Source: the human T2T-CHM13v2.0 reference genome, Homo sapiens
Assembly: GCF_009914755.1 (NCBI RefSeq)
Contig: NC_060926.1
Direction: 5' to 3' (one strand)
Length of the DNA: 64,000 nt
Below, piece after piece: positions 15,069 to 27,500 of this stretch (position 1 is the first letter of the stretch; every line of letters begins with the position of its first letter). Both the position numbers and the translations under genes were made by a program. The notes under the pieces were generated by a model. It saw only the letters and a program-made list of their open reading frames with translations, had not been told where the DNA came from and made no database searches.

Positions 15069-18000
15069 TGGACACTGCCAACCTGTGGCCCACAGGGAGG
15101 AAGTGTTAATTGATCTTTGCTCTAGCCCACCTGGCAGCCTACTGGTCTGCCAGCATCTCTCATTGGCCAAACCAGATGGAAGTCAGAGGCAAGTAAGCTT
15201 GTTTAATGCCACCCTTGAAGGTCAGTCTCTTGAGATATAGACAGCAGAAAAGAGTAATCTGCAGGAGCAGAGAGTTTCCAGCTCACAAAGTCACTGAGCT
15301 GAACTTAGAACACAGAGATTTCATGACAGGCTTATAAATGATTTAATGTAGCAAGAGGGAAAGAAGTAATGATCAGAATGAGCCAGGGTGTTTGGTTTTG
15401 TGGATTGCACAAGAGATGCTAATATCAGGGAACTGCTGTTACTAGGCTCAGCATTGCAGTGACAATTTGAATCTCTCGTATGGTGCTAGTCCTTGTGAGA
15501 ATTAGAAAAAGGCATCCCCTATGGGCAGACAAACGAGAAAACATTGCCTTCTGCTGGACCAAGCAGTCTTTTTGGTATACAGCTTTTGGTGAGCAACCTG
15601 TTCATCCTACCCAGCCAAACACGCACTGTATGACCCTGTCAGCGCCCCTTACCATGGGCTCAGCTGGAAGGCCCACACTCTGCCAGTCCATTCTTTCCAG
15701 CCCCTAGCAGGAACAACTTGAGGACAAATTTTGATGTTGTGCCTGCTATAGTCTGCAAACTGCCAGCCTCCTAGTTCCACATGGAAAAAAAAATCATTAA
15801 GCCATGAAAAAATTCAAATCTATCACTGGCTGTCTTATTAAATCATTCAAGCACCTTGTGCTGGCAGTTTCTGGTTGATCTGAACTTAAGTTTTTGGTGG
15901 ATCTTCCACCTAAAGGGAGTAATTAATGTTAATTTAGATCATTGTTCCTTGTTAGCACTTCTGGGAACCCCATTTTGAGAGTTTAGAATTATTAGCAAAA
16001 ATGAATATAAGCATTGGCTATAAGCATTGGATTTTTTTCATCCATCGAACAGACTGCAGCTTACGGTGAGAAAGCCACACACTGCACAACTCTGGGGGCG
16101 CCATTCACGTAGTCATTGTACATTTGTATGGGCTTTCTGACAATTTTCTAGCAGATGGCAGTAAAGACTTCTAAGAATAGTGTGCCTCCTCCATCCCCAG
16201 TTGATCTAAAGTTGCAGTTTGAGTAAGTGGTAGGTTAGGTATCCATGTGTGTGAGGCACTAGGAGTGGGGCTGGGGAAAGGAAAGGACCCAGTGAAGACA
16301 AAGGCGTGATCCCCATTTCTCAGTACAGTGGAGGAGGGAGACATATGGGCACCCCCTTATGAAGCCTCAGCTTCAGAATAATACCCAGATGCACTCCTTC
16401 CATCTGGCCCACCCTATCTGGTTCTGTGATGAGGTGTGAATGAGGAGAACATTCCACCACCCCACTCAGGCAGTGGCAACATTGGGCTATTAAAGCTATT
16501 CTTCAGGCTCGAAGGGCCAAGACTCTGAGAGACCCATGATAGCCACTGCCAGGCCAGGAGAGGGAGAGTTGCAGAGGCCCAGGGGACTGGGGTGGACGGT
16601 GAGCACGTGGCAGGCCCCGGAGCAGCATGGTTGGTTCCCCAGCTGCCATGGCTGTCTTTTGAAGCCACTGGAACAATACTCAATGCACCAGAGCCCCCGT
16701 AACCATGAACTGCATCCTTGCTTAGCTAAACCTAGTTTCCTTTTTTAAGGAGAAAGGAGGGGAGCTCTTTCGCAGTATCCACAAAGCCAATACAACTACA
16801 CATGGGAAGCCACTTATATCCCTGCTACCCTAAGCCCAGCTCCCCACTGCCCATGAGGACTAGCTCCCTCTCAGCTGCATTCCTCGGGCTCTCTGCTAGT
16901 CTTTGCCAATACTCATCCTCTAACCAATGGGCTCTTCCTACTCTTCTTTTTATGACAGATGCAGCAAAGAGGTCATTAGATAAGGATTCTTTTACTTGAG
17001 AATAGGATTCTGACCCTCCATGCATGAAGAGCTTGTGGCAGATACTAGATTGCAGTAAGATGAGGTGGAATGGAAGGTGGGCACATGGAGACAAATGGGG
17101 TTGGCAGCACTGACCAATGGTGCAGAGGGCCAATTGGAGGACAAAACAGATGAGATGAATTAGTTTGGGGAATTCACACTTCCCCATGACCACAAGGTTG
17201 AAGCTCTTTTCATTCTCAAAAACTCAAAGGCATTTATCTTAGAAATTTAAGAATTAACTCATGGTTAATGAGATGCTTCAACTGGTGAGGATAAGTCTCT
17301 GTGCTCTGTGAGGCGCTTTTCTTGGGAGGCACTTGAAAAATACCTGGGAAGATCCAGAGGCTGCTGCATTTGAGTTTCTGCAGGAAGCTGGATTTGTGGC
17401 CTCAAAGATAGTAACTCACTGCTGACATCTTAGAAATATCACTGTTTCCTTAATTTAATACATGCCAAAGTTGGTGGCTGAGAGATTGTATCTTACAAGC
17501 CTATTACCAGCCGATTTACTAGGCCTTCGGGAACAACTTTGGAAAGAGGATGTTAATCAAGCGTTCATTTTATCTTCTTTTTCTCCTACACTTTTTACTT
17601 TTTCTTCCTTATATTATTTTCTCACTTACCTCCCTAAGTCTTTCTTTTCTACTTCCTTTCTCTCCTTTATGTCACCCTCTCATTACTTCTCTTTATATTT
17701 TTTTCAGATATTACACTTCCACACCCTTCCTGCCCTTCAACTCTGTTTCAAACTTTTAGCACATTCTATATGACAGTGAGACATAAGCAGACTTCATGAG
17801 GCAAATTTATGGCATCACAAAAGGTCTCTTCTTGTGGAGGGTACTTGCTCTCTTATGGCAGAATTACTTCTGTTCTTTAACATGTGGTTCCCTTTTGCTT
17901 CTGGGCAGAGAGTAGGAGAAGAACCAACTTGCTCACCCCTCCAAACTCCCACACAGAGCAAGGTATCAGAGCCTGAGCAGGGTGAGCTGGGCTAAGGCAT

Positions 18001-18071
18001 TTGCATGGCAAAGTGGGTGGTGCCAGCAATGGGAGATTGGTTGCACACAGGGGGACTGAGCAATGAGTAAG

Positions 18072-18438
18072 TGTATTAGCCCATTCTCACATTGCTGTAA
18101 AGAACTACCTGAGACTGGGCAGTTTATAAAGAAAAGAGTTTTAATAGACTTACGGTTCTGCATGCATGCTGTACAAGAGGCCTGATAGGAAGGCCTCGGG
18201 AAACTTACAATCATGGCAGAAGGCAAAGCAGAAGCAAGCATATGTTCACATGGTGACAGGAGAAAGAGCTACACACCTTTACACAACCAGATCTTGTGAA
18301 AACTCACTCACTATCATGAGACCAGCAACGGGGAAGCCCACCCCTATGATCTAATCACCTGCCACCAGGTCCCTCTCTGAACACTGGAGATTACAATTCA
18401 ACGTGATTTGGGTGGGGACACAGAGCCAAACCATATTA
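18072..18438 (-). mobile_element. MSTA-like MaLR solo LTR
   Basis: tgtattagcccattctcacattgctgtaaagaactacctgagactggg...ggggacacagagccaaaccatatta. Perfect 5-bp TSD gtaag (18067-18071, 18439-18443). Confidence 0.9.
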
Positions 18439-18505
18439 GTAAGTAGATCAAAGATATTGGGAGCCAGGCTTCTTACCATCAGAAAATAATTACAAAAATG
18501 GGAAG

Positions 18506-18802
18506 GGACCAGTCACAGTGACAATCCCAGCATTTTGGGAGGCCGAGGCAGGAGGACTGCTTTGAGTCCAAGAGTTTGAGATTAGCCTGGACAACATAGT
18601 GAGACCCTCTCTCTGAAAAATAAAAAATAAATTAGCTGGGTGTGGTGGTATGTGCCTGTAGTCCTAGTTACTTGAGAGGCTGAGGTGGGAGGATTGGTTG
18701 AGCCCAGGAAGTGGAGGCTGCAGTGAGCTACATAATGGCACCACTGTACTCAAGCCTGAGTGATATAGTAAGACTCTGTCTCTAAGAGGGGGAAAAAAAA
18801 AG
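18506..18802 (+). mobile_element. AluJ
   Basis: Diverged Alu dimer with A tail. Confidence 0.9.
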
Positions 18803-19016
18803 GAAAGGGAAAATGAAATCTGTGGTTGAAAATTCATGCTTTCCAATATTTACAGACAAGGTATAAATATGTGTGTGGACATACACATGTGTATACACAT
18901 ACTCCCTAACCCTGTCTACTGACAAGACTTGGGAACAGTGACATGCAAGTAGCAAAGAGTATACCTAGTACCTAAACCTTAGCTTCTAAATGTCATTCTC
19001 CATCAAAAGAAACTAG

Positions 19017-19250
19017 GGCTGACCGGGCGTGGTGACTCATGCCTGTAATCCCAGCAGTTTGGGAGGCCGAGGAGGGTGGATCACTTGAGGACCAGCCTGG
19101 CTAACATGGTGAAACCCCGTCTCTACTAAAAATACAAAAATTAGCTGGGCTTGGTGGCGCACGCCTGTAATCCCAGCTACTCAGGAGGCTGAGGCATGAG
19201 AATCGCTTGAACCTGGGAGGCAGAGATGGCAGTGAGCTGAGATCATGCCA
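19017..19250 (+). mobile_element. AluS lacking 3' end and tail, inside an old L1MC/MD 3' fragment (~18810-20110)
   Basis: Alu sequence stops at gagatcatgcca. Flanks join into L1M-like aaagaaactagggct...ctttggagaa...ggggcagggaaagtacaa. Confidence 0.8.
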
Positions 19251-22227
19251 GGTAACAGGGCTCTTTGGAGAATTCCAGGGCTGGGGCAGGGAAAGTACAA
19301 AATAAGCCTGAAACATCTTGTGGTGCCAGTAGGCAAGGCGATGCTTAAAGAATGACAGGGACATGTCTAAAAAATAGACGCTGGCTTGCAGGGCTCCCAC
19401 GGGCCAAACGGGGGATAACTTGAACATCAAAACAAGTAATGACTGCAACCGATTAGAATCCACTGAGTAAAACAGGAAATTCTGAGTCCATACTTACATA
19501 AGGTAAATGAATAAATTAAAAGTTTGAGGACGTTTGGGGTATTTCCATGGTTTCAAAGCACTTCCTCACAACATACTTATTAACTGCAAAGTGTGAAAGG
19601 TAACTTTACAGTGGAGATGCCTGGCAGACACCACTTTAATTAAGTGATCAAAGAGAGAGAGTATCATAGGTAATGAAACACAGTGAAATCACTCACGTCC
19701 TGACGGGATGCAGTGAGGAGAAAACAGCTTCACTTTGTTGATATTCCTGCCAAAATTGGACCACGCAGAAACTTCAAACAAACCAATCTGAGACACTCTG
19801 CAAAATCACAGGCTCATAATCTTCAACTGCGTCAAAGTCATGAAAGTCAAGGAAAGACTGAGGAGCTATTTCAGACTGAGAGAAACTTAAGAGACATGAC
19901 AATTAATGTGTGAAACTTGACTGGGGTCTGAGGTTTAGTTGGTAGTAATGAGTCGGTGTTGCTTTGATGGTTGTGTTGTGGTCATGTAAGAGAATGTCCT
20001 TGTTTTTAGCGGGTAATGGAGCATTTGTTCTGTGATCTGCTTTCAGGTAAATTAGGACACAAGTTCTTTGTATTGTACTTGCAACTTTTGTGTTTCAAAA
20101 TTTAAAAATATTTCATAAACCAAATGGCATACCCACTTTGGGGAAAAATAGACATTATGAGGTAAACACAAAATTCCCATTAATTTAGAACAAAGCATGA
20201 GAATTTTCGGAAATTTTGTTTATGGTGGGCCACACTGGGCTATCTCTGCCTTGCATCCCTGGGGCTCTCTATTCTCTCTCCTCAGCTCTCGAGGGTCCTC
20301 TGATGGCAGAATAAAAAAGCGCTATGATTTGTGAGAGCCCTAGGAAGGCTACAGTATTAGGTAATGGAAAGGGTCATCATCTTACCTCCTGACTCACTGG
20401 CCAGAGGACGGAGCGACTGCCCAAATCAGACAGCTCAGCGATTCACCTCTGAGCTGCTGCTTTGGGTGGAATGGAAGAAACTGGTTGGTGTCTTAGGTAT
20501 AACATGAAGTGCTCAGTAAGTGGCAGGAGGACTTGTGGCTTGCATCTCTTTTCCCATGTGAAGGGCCAAATGTGGAAATAAAAGGAGGATACGGAACATT
20601 TTTGCTGTTGCAGAGCTGTTTTGTCCTTCAGAGTCATAGCAAAGGGCTCTGTGAGAGGGATGAAGTATATCACCTAAGAACATGTGATGAGATCAGAATA
20701 CCTATTATGAGTCTATAGCCTACCAGAATCACTATCACGAAACGGTGGCTTGCTGTGCCGCCCTTGACTTTTATGAATGGGTCCTATCTGAAACAGGCTT
20801 GGGAAACTGTCATTGTATTGGTGGAGAAATGTGGTGGACACTGCCCAGTAGCCCCTGCAGCAGCCCCTGTACAAAGTGAGTAAATACTATCTTTCTCCAG
20901 AGAATCTGGCGGGCTTTATTCTTTTTGACAGTAAGAGCTACAGATGCAAGTTCTTTTCTCCCTTTTCACCTTGGCTGCCAGGAAACATAATTATTGAAGT
21001 TTAACTGTAGTGATGGTGGAGAACTTTGGCCTATAGAGCTACATTCTGTGTACTCCTTATGTCTCTTCCCTGTTAATTTATCAAGTCCAGATTTCTACGT
21101 TTGTAATTGTGTTTCCTACACAGTTGCCTCAAATCTTCGTAAAATACAGGTTTGTAAAACAAAATAAAACAAAACAAAAAACCCAGATCATTGGAAGAAT
21201 TAAGTTGAAGGATCCAAAATCTTCTCAATAAAATTGAACTAAATGTTAGGGAGAAAATAACAGTAATGGAAGTTCCTTCACGTATTTCTTAGGAAAAATT
21301 GTTGTTCCTGGCTAGGAGGCCAGGAACAATATTTATGGTCTTGAACATGTGTCAAAGACATGAGTTACAAAGTGGATAAAATGGGATTCCTGCCTAGGCT
21401 TCCCTGAAGAAAATAACAAATAGTTCTCAAGATATATGAAGGGCATGGGAAAACTATACAGGTGTTTGCAAATCCATAATCTGATGTGTGGAGAACATGT
21501 GACCAAGGGTAAAAGAAATCAAAATGACATTACTTGGAAAGTATCCCACACCCTACTTGATTTTTTTTTTTTTAAAGGACAGTTCTTTCTTCTTACACAT
21601 TCCAGTATTTTCAGAACAGAAGTGACAGCAATGTCAACTCTTTGGACATCTGCTCCAAGTCTCATTCTGGCAAGGGCAGAGCTATCAAAGACTTTGTCTG
21701 TCTGCCTGACAATTTCATCTCTCAGAAGGTAGAGGAACCCGTGAGGAAAATGGCTGCTCTCAAGTGAATTCTGATCAGTAAAAAAGGAACTGGTTGGAAA
21801 TGTGGAAATACTGAGAATCTCAGGAGAGATGTTTTCATTATCTTCGCCCCCTCACAGAACTCCCAAAGCTCTTTATTTAGATCTTTTCTTACTTCTCCTT
21901 ATAATATTGTCACTTATAGACTTGTGTCTCTAAGATTGTCCCTTGAGGACTGGGACCACATCACATCATCTTTGTGTCTGCCAATGCTTGGGGTAGTTAT
22001 CTTTTAAACACAAAAAAATCAATCAAATGTGCTTAGTTGGAATATGAGCATAGTGACTTGCATAATTTCAGGATAATGTGACAACATTCTTTAAGAATTT
22101 TTTTTCTTGATCATAAAATGTTTTCATTGTTGAAAACTGGAAAAATTATTCAGGGAAGTATAAATGAGAAAATACAAACTTTCTATAATCCTCCCACTTG
22201 ATAAGCATTTTGAAGTACTTTCTCCTT

Positions 22228-22519
22228 GTTATTTATTTTTAAGACAGTGTATCTCTCTGTCACACAGGCTACAGTGTAGTGGCGTGAACATAACAGCCAC
22301 TGCAACCTCAAACTCCTGGGCTCAAGCAATCCTGTCTGAGCCTCCCAAGTGGCTAGGACTACAAGTGTGTGCCATCATGCCAGGCTAATTTTTAAAATTT
22401 TCTTGTAGAGATGACTCTTGCTATATTGCCCAGGCTGGTCTCAAACTCGTGGCCTCAATCAATCCCCTGGCCTTGGTTCCCAGTGTTGAGATTACAGGCA
22501 TAAGCCACTGTGCCCAGCC
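22228..22519 (-). mobile_element. AluJ
   Basis: Antisense Alu with TSD tctccttg. Confidence 0.9.
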
Positions 22520-23319
22520 TCTCCTTGGGTTTTATACTTATTTCATAGTTTTGATCATACTGTATCTACAGGTCTGTTCCTAACACTTTTTATTCACGTT
22601 ATATCCTAAGCATTTTCCATGTCATTAAAATGTCCTCATTTTAAAATGACTTCATATTATCTTGCATGTCTTTAGCGTAACTACTGTCATTTAAAAAATA
22701 AAGCAACATAGGGATTTTCACTGGCTACAAGTTCTAAGAATTGTGGTATGTCTGAGAAGTCAAAAAGGAACCGGCAGGGCAGGGGAGACAGGTGAAGTCC
22801 CAAGTTCTTCCTCCGGTTTTGGGTTTTATCCTGAGTCAACTGTGGTACATCTGGAAGGTGAGTTGATGATGTGGAGTGACCAGGGCTGACGAGGAAGAGT
22901 TAAAGCTGGAAGGAATGCTCAACCCAGAGAAGAGCAGAGCCATGGAGTCACGTTTCCACACTTGAAGTATGACTGACTGACTCTGTGGCATCCCGGTTGG
23001 CAGCACTAAGGCCGGTAAGTGGGAATTTCAAAGCCACAATTTGGACTCCTCTGCAAACAAGTTTGAGAGCTGTTCCCTAAAGCTACCTGATGCCCTGTGA
23101 GGCAGGCAGTGCCTGGTCCCTGGAGGTGTTCAAGTAGGGCAGGTGGCTTCAAGGATACTAGAGGATAGGAAATCCCTGCAGTCTGGTTTATGGTCTGGGT
23201 CCTGTGTGAGCACTGGAATAGCCTACATCAAATCTTAAGTCTCTCAGAGTCGCATAAAACAACCGAATTCTTTAATTCAAAGCCACGTTTTCAATTCTGA
23301 GCAGCCCAGAGACCTGCCA

Positions 23320-23900
23320 TCGCTTTCTCGCGCCGAGTCACGTGGTCTGGCAAGGCGCGCGGTTTCCTCCCTAGCCGCCCCCAGCTGCCCTGAACCTTCA
23401 AAGTCACATTTCAGTCACTCCCCAGTCTGACCAACAACGCTCACAATGAGGGCGCTGCCAGCACAGGCGACGGCCTGCGCTCCAGTCTTACGAGGAACCC
23501 CAAATTCAAGACCCCTGTGACCCAGGCCTGTGTGCCCCGACAGGCTAAACCTCCGCCCAGGGGCTTCCCGATGTCGGCTGCAGCGGGTCTGGGTTTTCGG
23601 CCTGCAGAGCTCGCGTCTGACGGCTGAGGAACAAAACACCCTCCCTCTAGCGGCTCAAGCGCACACACCCTCTTGCCTTCCGCAGCCCCCGAGCGAGTCA
23701 CGGGAGACACTCTGGAGCCATTTTGCGGGGCTGGAATTCCTTCGCCCGGCGGAGCTCGGCGCGCACCCGTCAGCTGTGCCGAGGACCCTGCGCCCGGGGG
23801 GCCCCGCGGCCACGTGACCCCCATCTGGCTCTCGGCCTGGACTGAGGGGGCTGAGCTCATCGCGTTGCTATTCGAGGGGCAGAGACTGCCTGGCCTTCCT
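23320..23900. promoter_or_regulatory. CpG island, promoter- or enhancer-like
   Basis: Sharp rise in GC and CpG against an AT-rich background. GTCACGTG at 23337-23344, CACGTGAC at 23811-23818, YY1-like GCCATTTTG at 23717-23725. Confidence 0.8.
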
Positions 23901-25343
23901 CAAATCCTGAGCTCCCGGCTCTCCTCCCTCCCCCACCTACTTGACATCTCAGGCTTTTTGTGGAAGGGGCAGGGCGATTGAGAGGTCGGTGACCTTTGTC
24001 CCAATGGCGCTGGCTCTTTTCCTTTTTGGCTACCCTAATGGAATGAGGATATAATCAGTCATATCTTAACATTCATTGAGCCCCGGCTCAGGCTGGGAGG
24101 CACTGCCTTTCTCCTAGTGAATTTTAAATCAGTATTTGTGGGATTTAAGCTCCAGCGGATAAACCTAGAGCCACTGGCCATGAAGGGTGTGGCAGTGGGG
24201 TGAAAAACGGGACTCCCGCCTCCACTCCCTGGCTTTCCTCATTCCAGCCACTATAGAGGGGAAAATACGTAGACCACAGAGCAACGGCCACACCCTCTTT
24301 CCTCTCCTCCAACCCCAGAATTCCACTTCAGTCTCAGAGCTTTCAGCTAGGTGGGGTTTATCCCCAAACATGCCACAACCCCTCTAGTTATATGGGAGCG
24401 GTAACTGTGAACCACCATCGCTGGCTTGATCCTCCCTTTTCCGTGGATTGGTGCTCCTGAGTATGTTTACCGGTTTCAGTACATAACACAGCCAGATAGA
24501 GGGCCGCGGACTTCAGCGGCGAGAAGCTACAACAAAAATAGGGTGAACAAAAACGAAGGTGCCCAGGAGCCTGAATTGCATTTCTTTCTTACCTTTGGTC
24601 ATAGAAAGGAGCACTTAGGTGTTTGGCTGGAACGCAAAGTGAGACCAGAGCTTACATTCTTAGCAGCCTGGGTTTGTCTCGAGAGGCCATGCTTCTCTCC
24701 TCCCTGACATTTTGCTCTCAGAAGCACCAGTTAGCATCAGAGGAATGTTGTTTCCTTCTCTGAAACAGCCATCAAGTACCAGCGATTTCTTGGCTCCGGC
24801 AAGTTAAGTGCTCTGACCCCTCCCTTATCTAACTCACCCCGCACACCATCCACATGGCAGGGGACGCAGCCAGAAATGGAGCGGACTGCATCTTTTCCTT
24901 GCCCACTCTTTTTATCACCATGACAGAGCCACTGGACACCAGGAAATAAATACTGAACCACCACACTAAAACGTTTACTCCACTTTGGGCAGAAGGAGCC
25001 TATTTTGCATATTAAGTGCCTCCTATAAAGCAGTCAAGTGAGGGAAAGAGGAGTTCTCGCTCCTCCGTGAATGCTGCACGGGAGCCTCCAGTCGGGAACA
25101 GCTGAACAGGTAGCTCTGAAAGAGGACCTTGGTCATAAACGCATAGATAAGATTATCCCGACGTTCTCGCCCACATGCTTCCTTACCACAGGTGGGAGGG
25201 CTGCTGTTAGGCTGTCTTCCTTGCTGAGCATTGACAAGCAATGAAATAGTTGAGGCGTAGCAGCAAGAAAGGAGGAAGAAAAAGGGCCTGGTTTTTTGGT
25301 CTTTAAGAACAGACCACTAGTGGTGTATTTTGGGCTGGATATT

Positions 25344-25403
25344 TGCTGAGCCGACCGTTGACGTGCTGAGCTGACGGTTGACGTGCTGAGCTGAGGGTTG
25401 ACG
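25344..25403. repeat. 3 x 20-bp tandem repeat TGCTGAGCYGASSGTTGACG
   Basis: Units tgctgagccgaccgttgacg / tgctgagctgacggttgacg / tgctgagctgagggttgacg read directly. Confidence 0.93.
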
Positions 25404-25634
25404 TCTCTGGTCATTACACAGATTTAAATAACCAGCAAAAGTGGGGTGGAAAGGTTTTTCCAATTGTTTTCAAGGAAATGTATTTTGAGGATATATTGAA
25501 TCTGACATAACTTTCAACTCACTTTCAAACCAATCTACTGAGCTGAAGAAAGAGATCAGAAATGAAATGAAATTCTGATATACACTTAATCGACTTAAAA
25601 AAAATTGACAGGAAAAATAAAATTTCAGATGTTT

Positions 25635-25640
25635 TTTATT
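25635..25640 (-). terminator. RBMS1: Distal poly(A) signal AATAAA of RBMS1
   Basis: AATAAA on minus strand, upstream UGUA motifs (~25690, ~25872, ~25961), U-rich downstream element. Confidence 0.8.
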
Positions 25641-26969
25641 CAAAGGTTCTCAAAAGAAATAAAACAGAAAAGCTAACAATCTGATCAAATGTACAGTTCA
25701 AAAATGTCTTTTGGCGTTTAACAACAAGTCCTAGGAAAGAAAACTACAGAGTTATCTTGAACCGGACAAATAAGTTACCACTGGCAAGTCTGTGGCACTA
25801 GTAAAACAAAAATAAAAAATTAACTCTCTTGATCATATAGATATCTCTATGAAAATCTTTTTTTTCAATCTGTACAAAAGGTCTTTCTTCATAAATTAAT
25901 TTTTTTATAATTTAATGGCTGTCTACTATGTGATGTTTAACTGATTTTTTTTTTTTTATGTACAGAGGTTATGTTTCCCAAATCTTACCCAGACGAGTAT
26001 GGCACTTAGTTCAGACATTTCTAGCAGCAGATTTCCCCTCCCCTCTAACCGAGCTATCAAATTTCTGTCTTAACTAATGCAAAAATATCAAGTAGTGAGA
26101 GACCCAGGTTTATAACTGTACTAGGTACACAGAGGGTGCTGCGTTCAGTCTGGACTTTCACAAAGCAGTAATATTCCAGGGAGCATAGAACCAATAATAC
26201 CACAACTTTAAAAAAATGAAACAAAAACAAAAACAAAAACACATTTCTCTTATGACTATGTAATTTTCACTAGAATCTACACTTCTCAGAGCAGCAAGGA
26301 CTTTTGAAACTATGAAATGTCACTGACATCTATCATCAAATACAAGCATAAAATTTAAGAACTAAAAAATACTTGAAAGAAATAACTGCTTAGCCCTAGC
26401 TCCTGAGCTAGGAGGATTTGGTCTGTGGAAACAGGGAGGGCCAGCAACCTGTCCCAGCACAAAAGAAAATAGACTCTGAGGTAGATAACTGATCATACAC
26501 AGCTGACCAGACAAGTACACAGTTTTGGAAGACAACTTAATTTACCATTGCTTTTAAAACATATGCAATTGCCTTAATAAAAGAGCTTTAATAACAGTGA
26601 ATTATCTTATATGTACTAAAGTAGAAATAACTGTGTATTTATGAATCAGGAATTTCATAGTTTCAAAATTGGTTTTCTTTACACTTGAACACTTGTAGTG
26701 ATGATGTAAAGTGTGGCACTGCTTGGATCCAAATCTTCCTTCATGCTTTTTTGTTTGTGTGTGTCCATACATCAATTAAAATTATAAAACCTAAATGCAA
26801 AGGTACAAAAAAGGCACATTCTCCTAACCGCAAACTGGTCCGGCAAAAATAAAGAGCACAGAAGATGTGATGCTGAGACAAGTTGGAGCTACTGGTTACT
26901 GGCTCTTCGGTCTTTGGTGAAGTTACCTTTAAAAGTGCCAAGTCATTTTTATTTTTCAAATTTACCTAA

Positions 26970-26988
26970 TAGAGAGAGAGAGAGAGAG
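26970..26988 (+). repeat. (AG)n microsatellite in the RBMS1 3'UTR ((CU)n in mRNA)
   Basis: Direct reading. Confidence 0.9.
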
Positions 26989-27494
26989 CTAGTAGCCAAT
27001 CGTTTTGCTTCTATTCGTTATCTCAGCTTATGTTTGAAGATAAATCCTTACTTTTAGCTTTTGCCACTTTGTTGCAATAGCAACATTTTTCGGTTTGCCA
27101 GATTTCAGGCATAATTCTCATTCTAAAGCACTATCATTAGTATAAAGGAAGGACAAAACATTCAGTGACTCCCCTCCCCCACCCCCATCCCCAACCCCAA
27201 CACTACCTACACTAAATCTAGTACATCAAGTTAGCTTTTTTTTTTTTCCTGAAAAAAGGCAAAAAAGACTTTACATTGCATCATACAGCAGATATCCTAA
27301 ATCAGTCAAACTATCAGAGGAAACTGTTGGCGTACAGCCTTACAAACAATTTACCCTAATAAAAGTTCCCCAGTCAGAAAATGTGTTTCACACAAAACAT
27401 TTTTCCCTTCTTGCATTTCACTACCTTACACATTATGTGAAAAATCATTAAAAACACCTACTACATATTTAAAAAAGCCAAAATTTCAGCAACT

Positions 27495-27500
27495 TTTATT
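27495..27500 (-). terminator. RBMS1: Proximal poly(A) signal AATAAA of RBMS1 (candidate)
   Basis: AATAAA followed by U/GU-rich tract (GGCTTTTTTAAATATGTAGTAGGTGTTTTT). Confidence 0.6.

Noticed and set aside
17462-17773. Hydrophobic F/L/S-rich ORFs suggesting a membrane peptide
   Set aside because: Product of a CT-rich low-complexity tract.
23415-23981. Overlapping 74-139-aa ORFs on both strands
   Set aside because: Expected from stop-codon depletion in a CpG island; no domain or splice support.
25344-25403. CRISPR-like appearance of the 20-bp repeats
   Set aside because: Units are contiguous with no spacers, there are no cas genes, and the context is primate.
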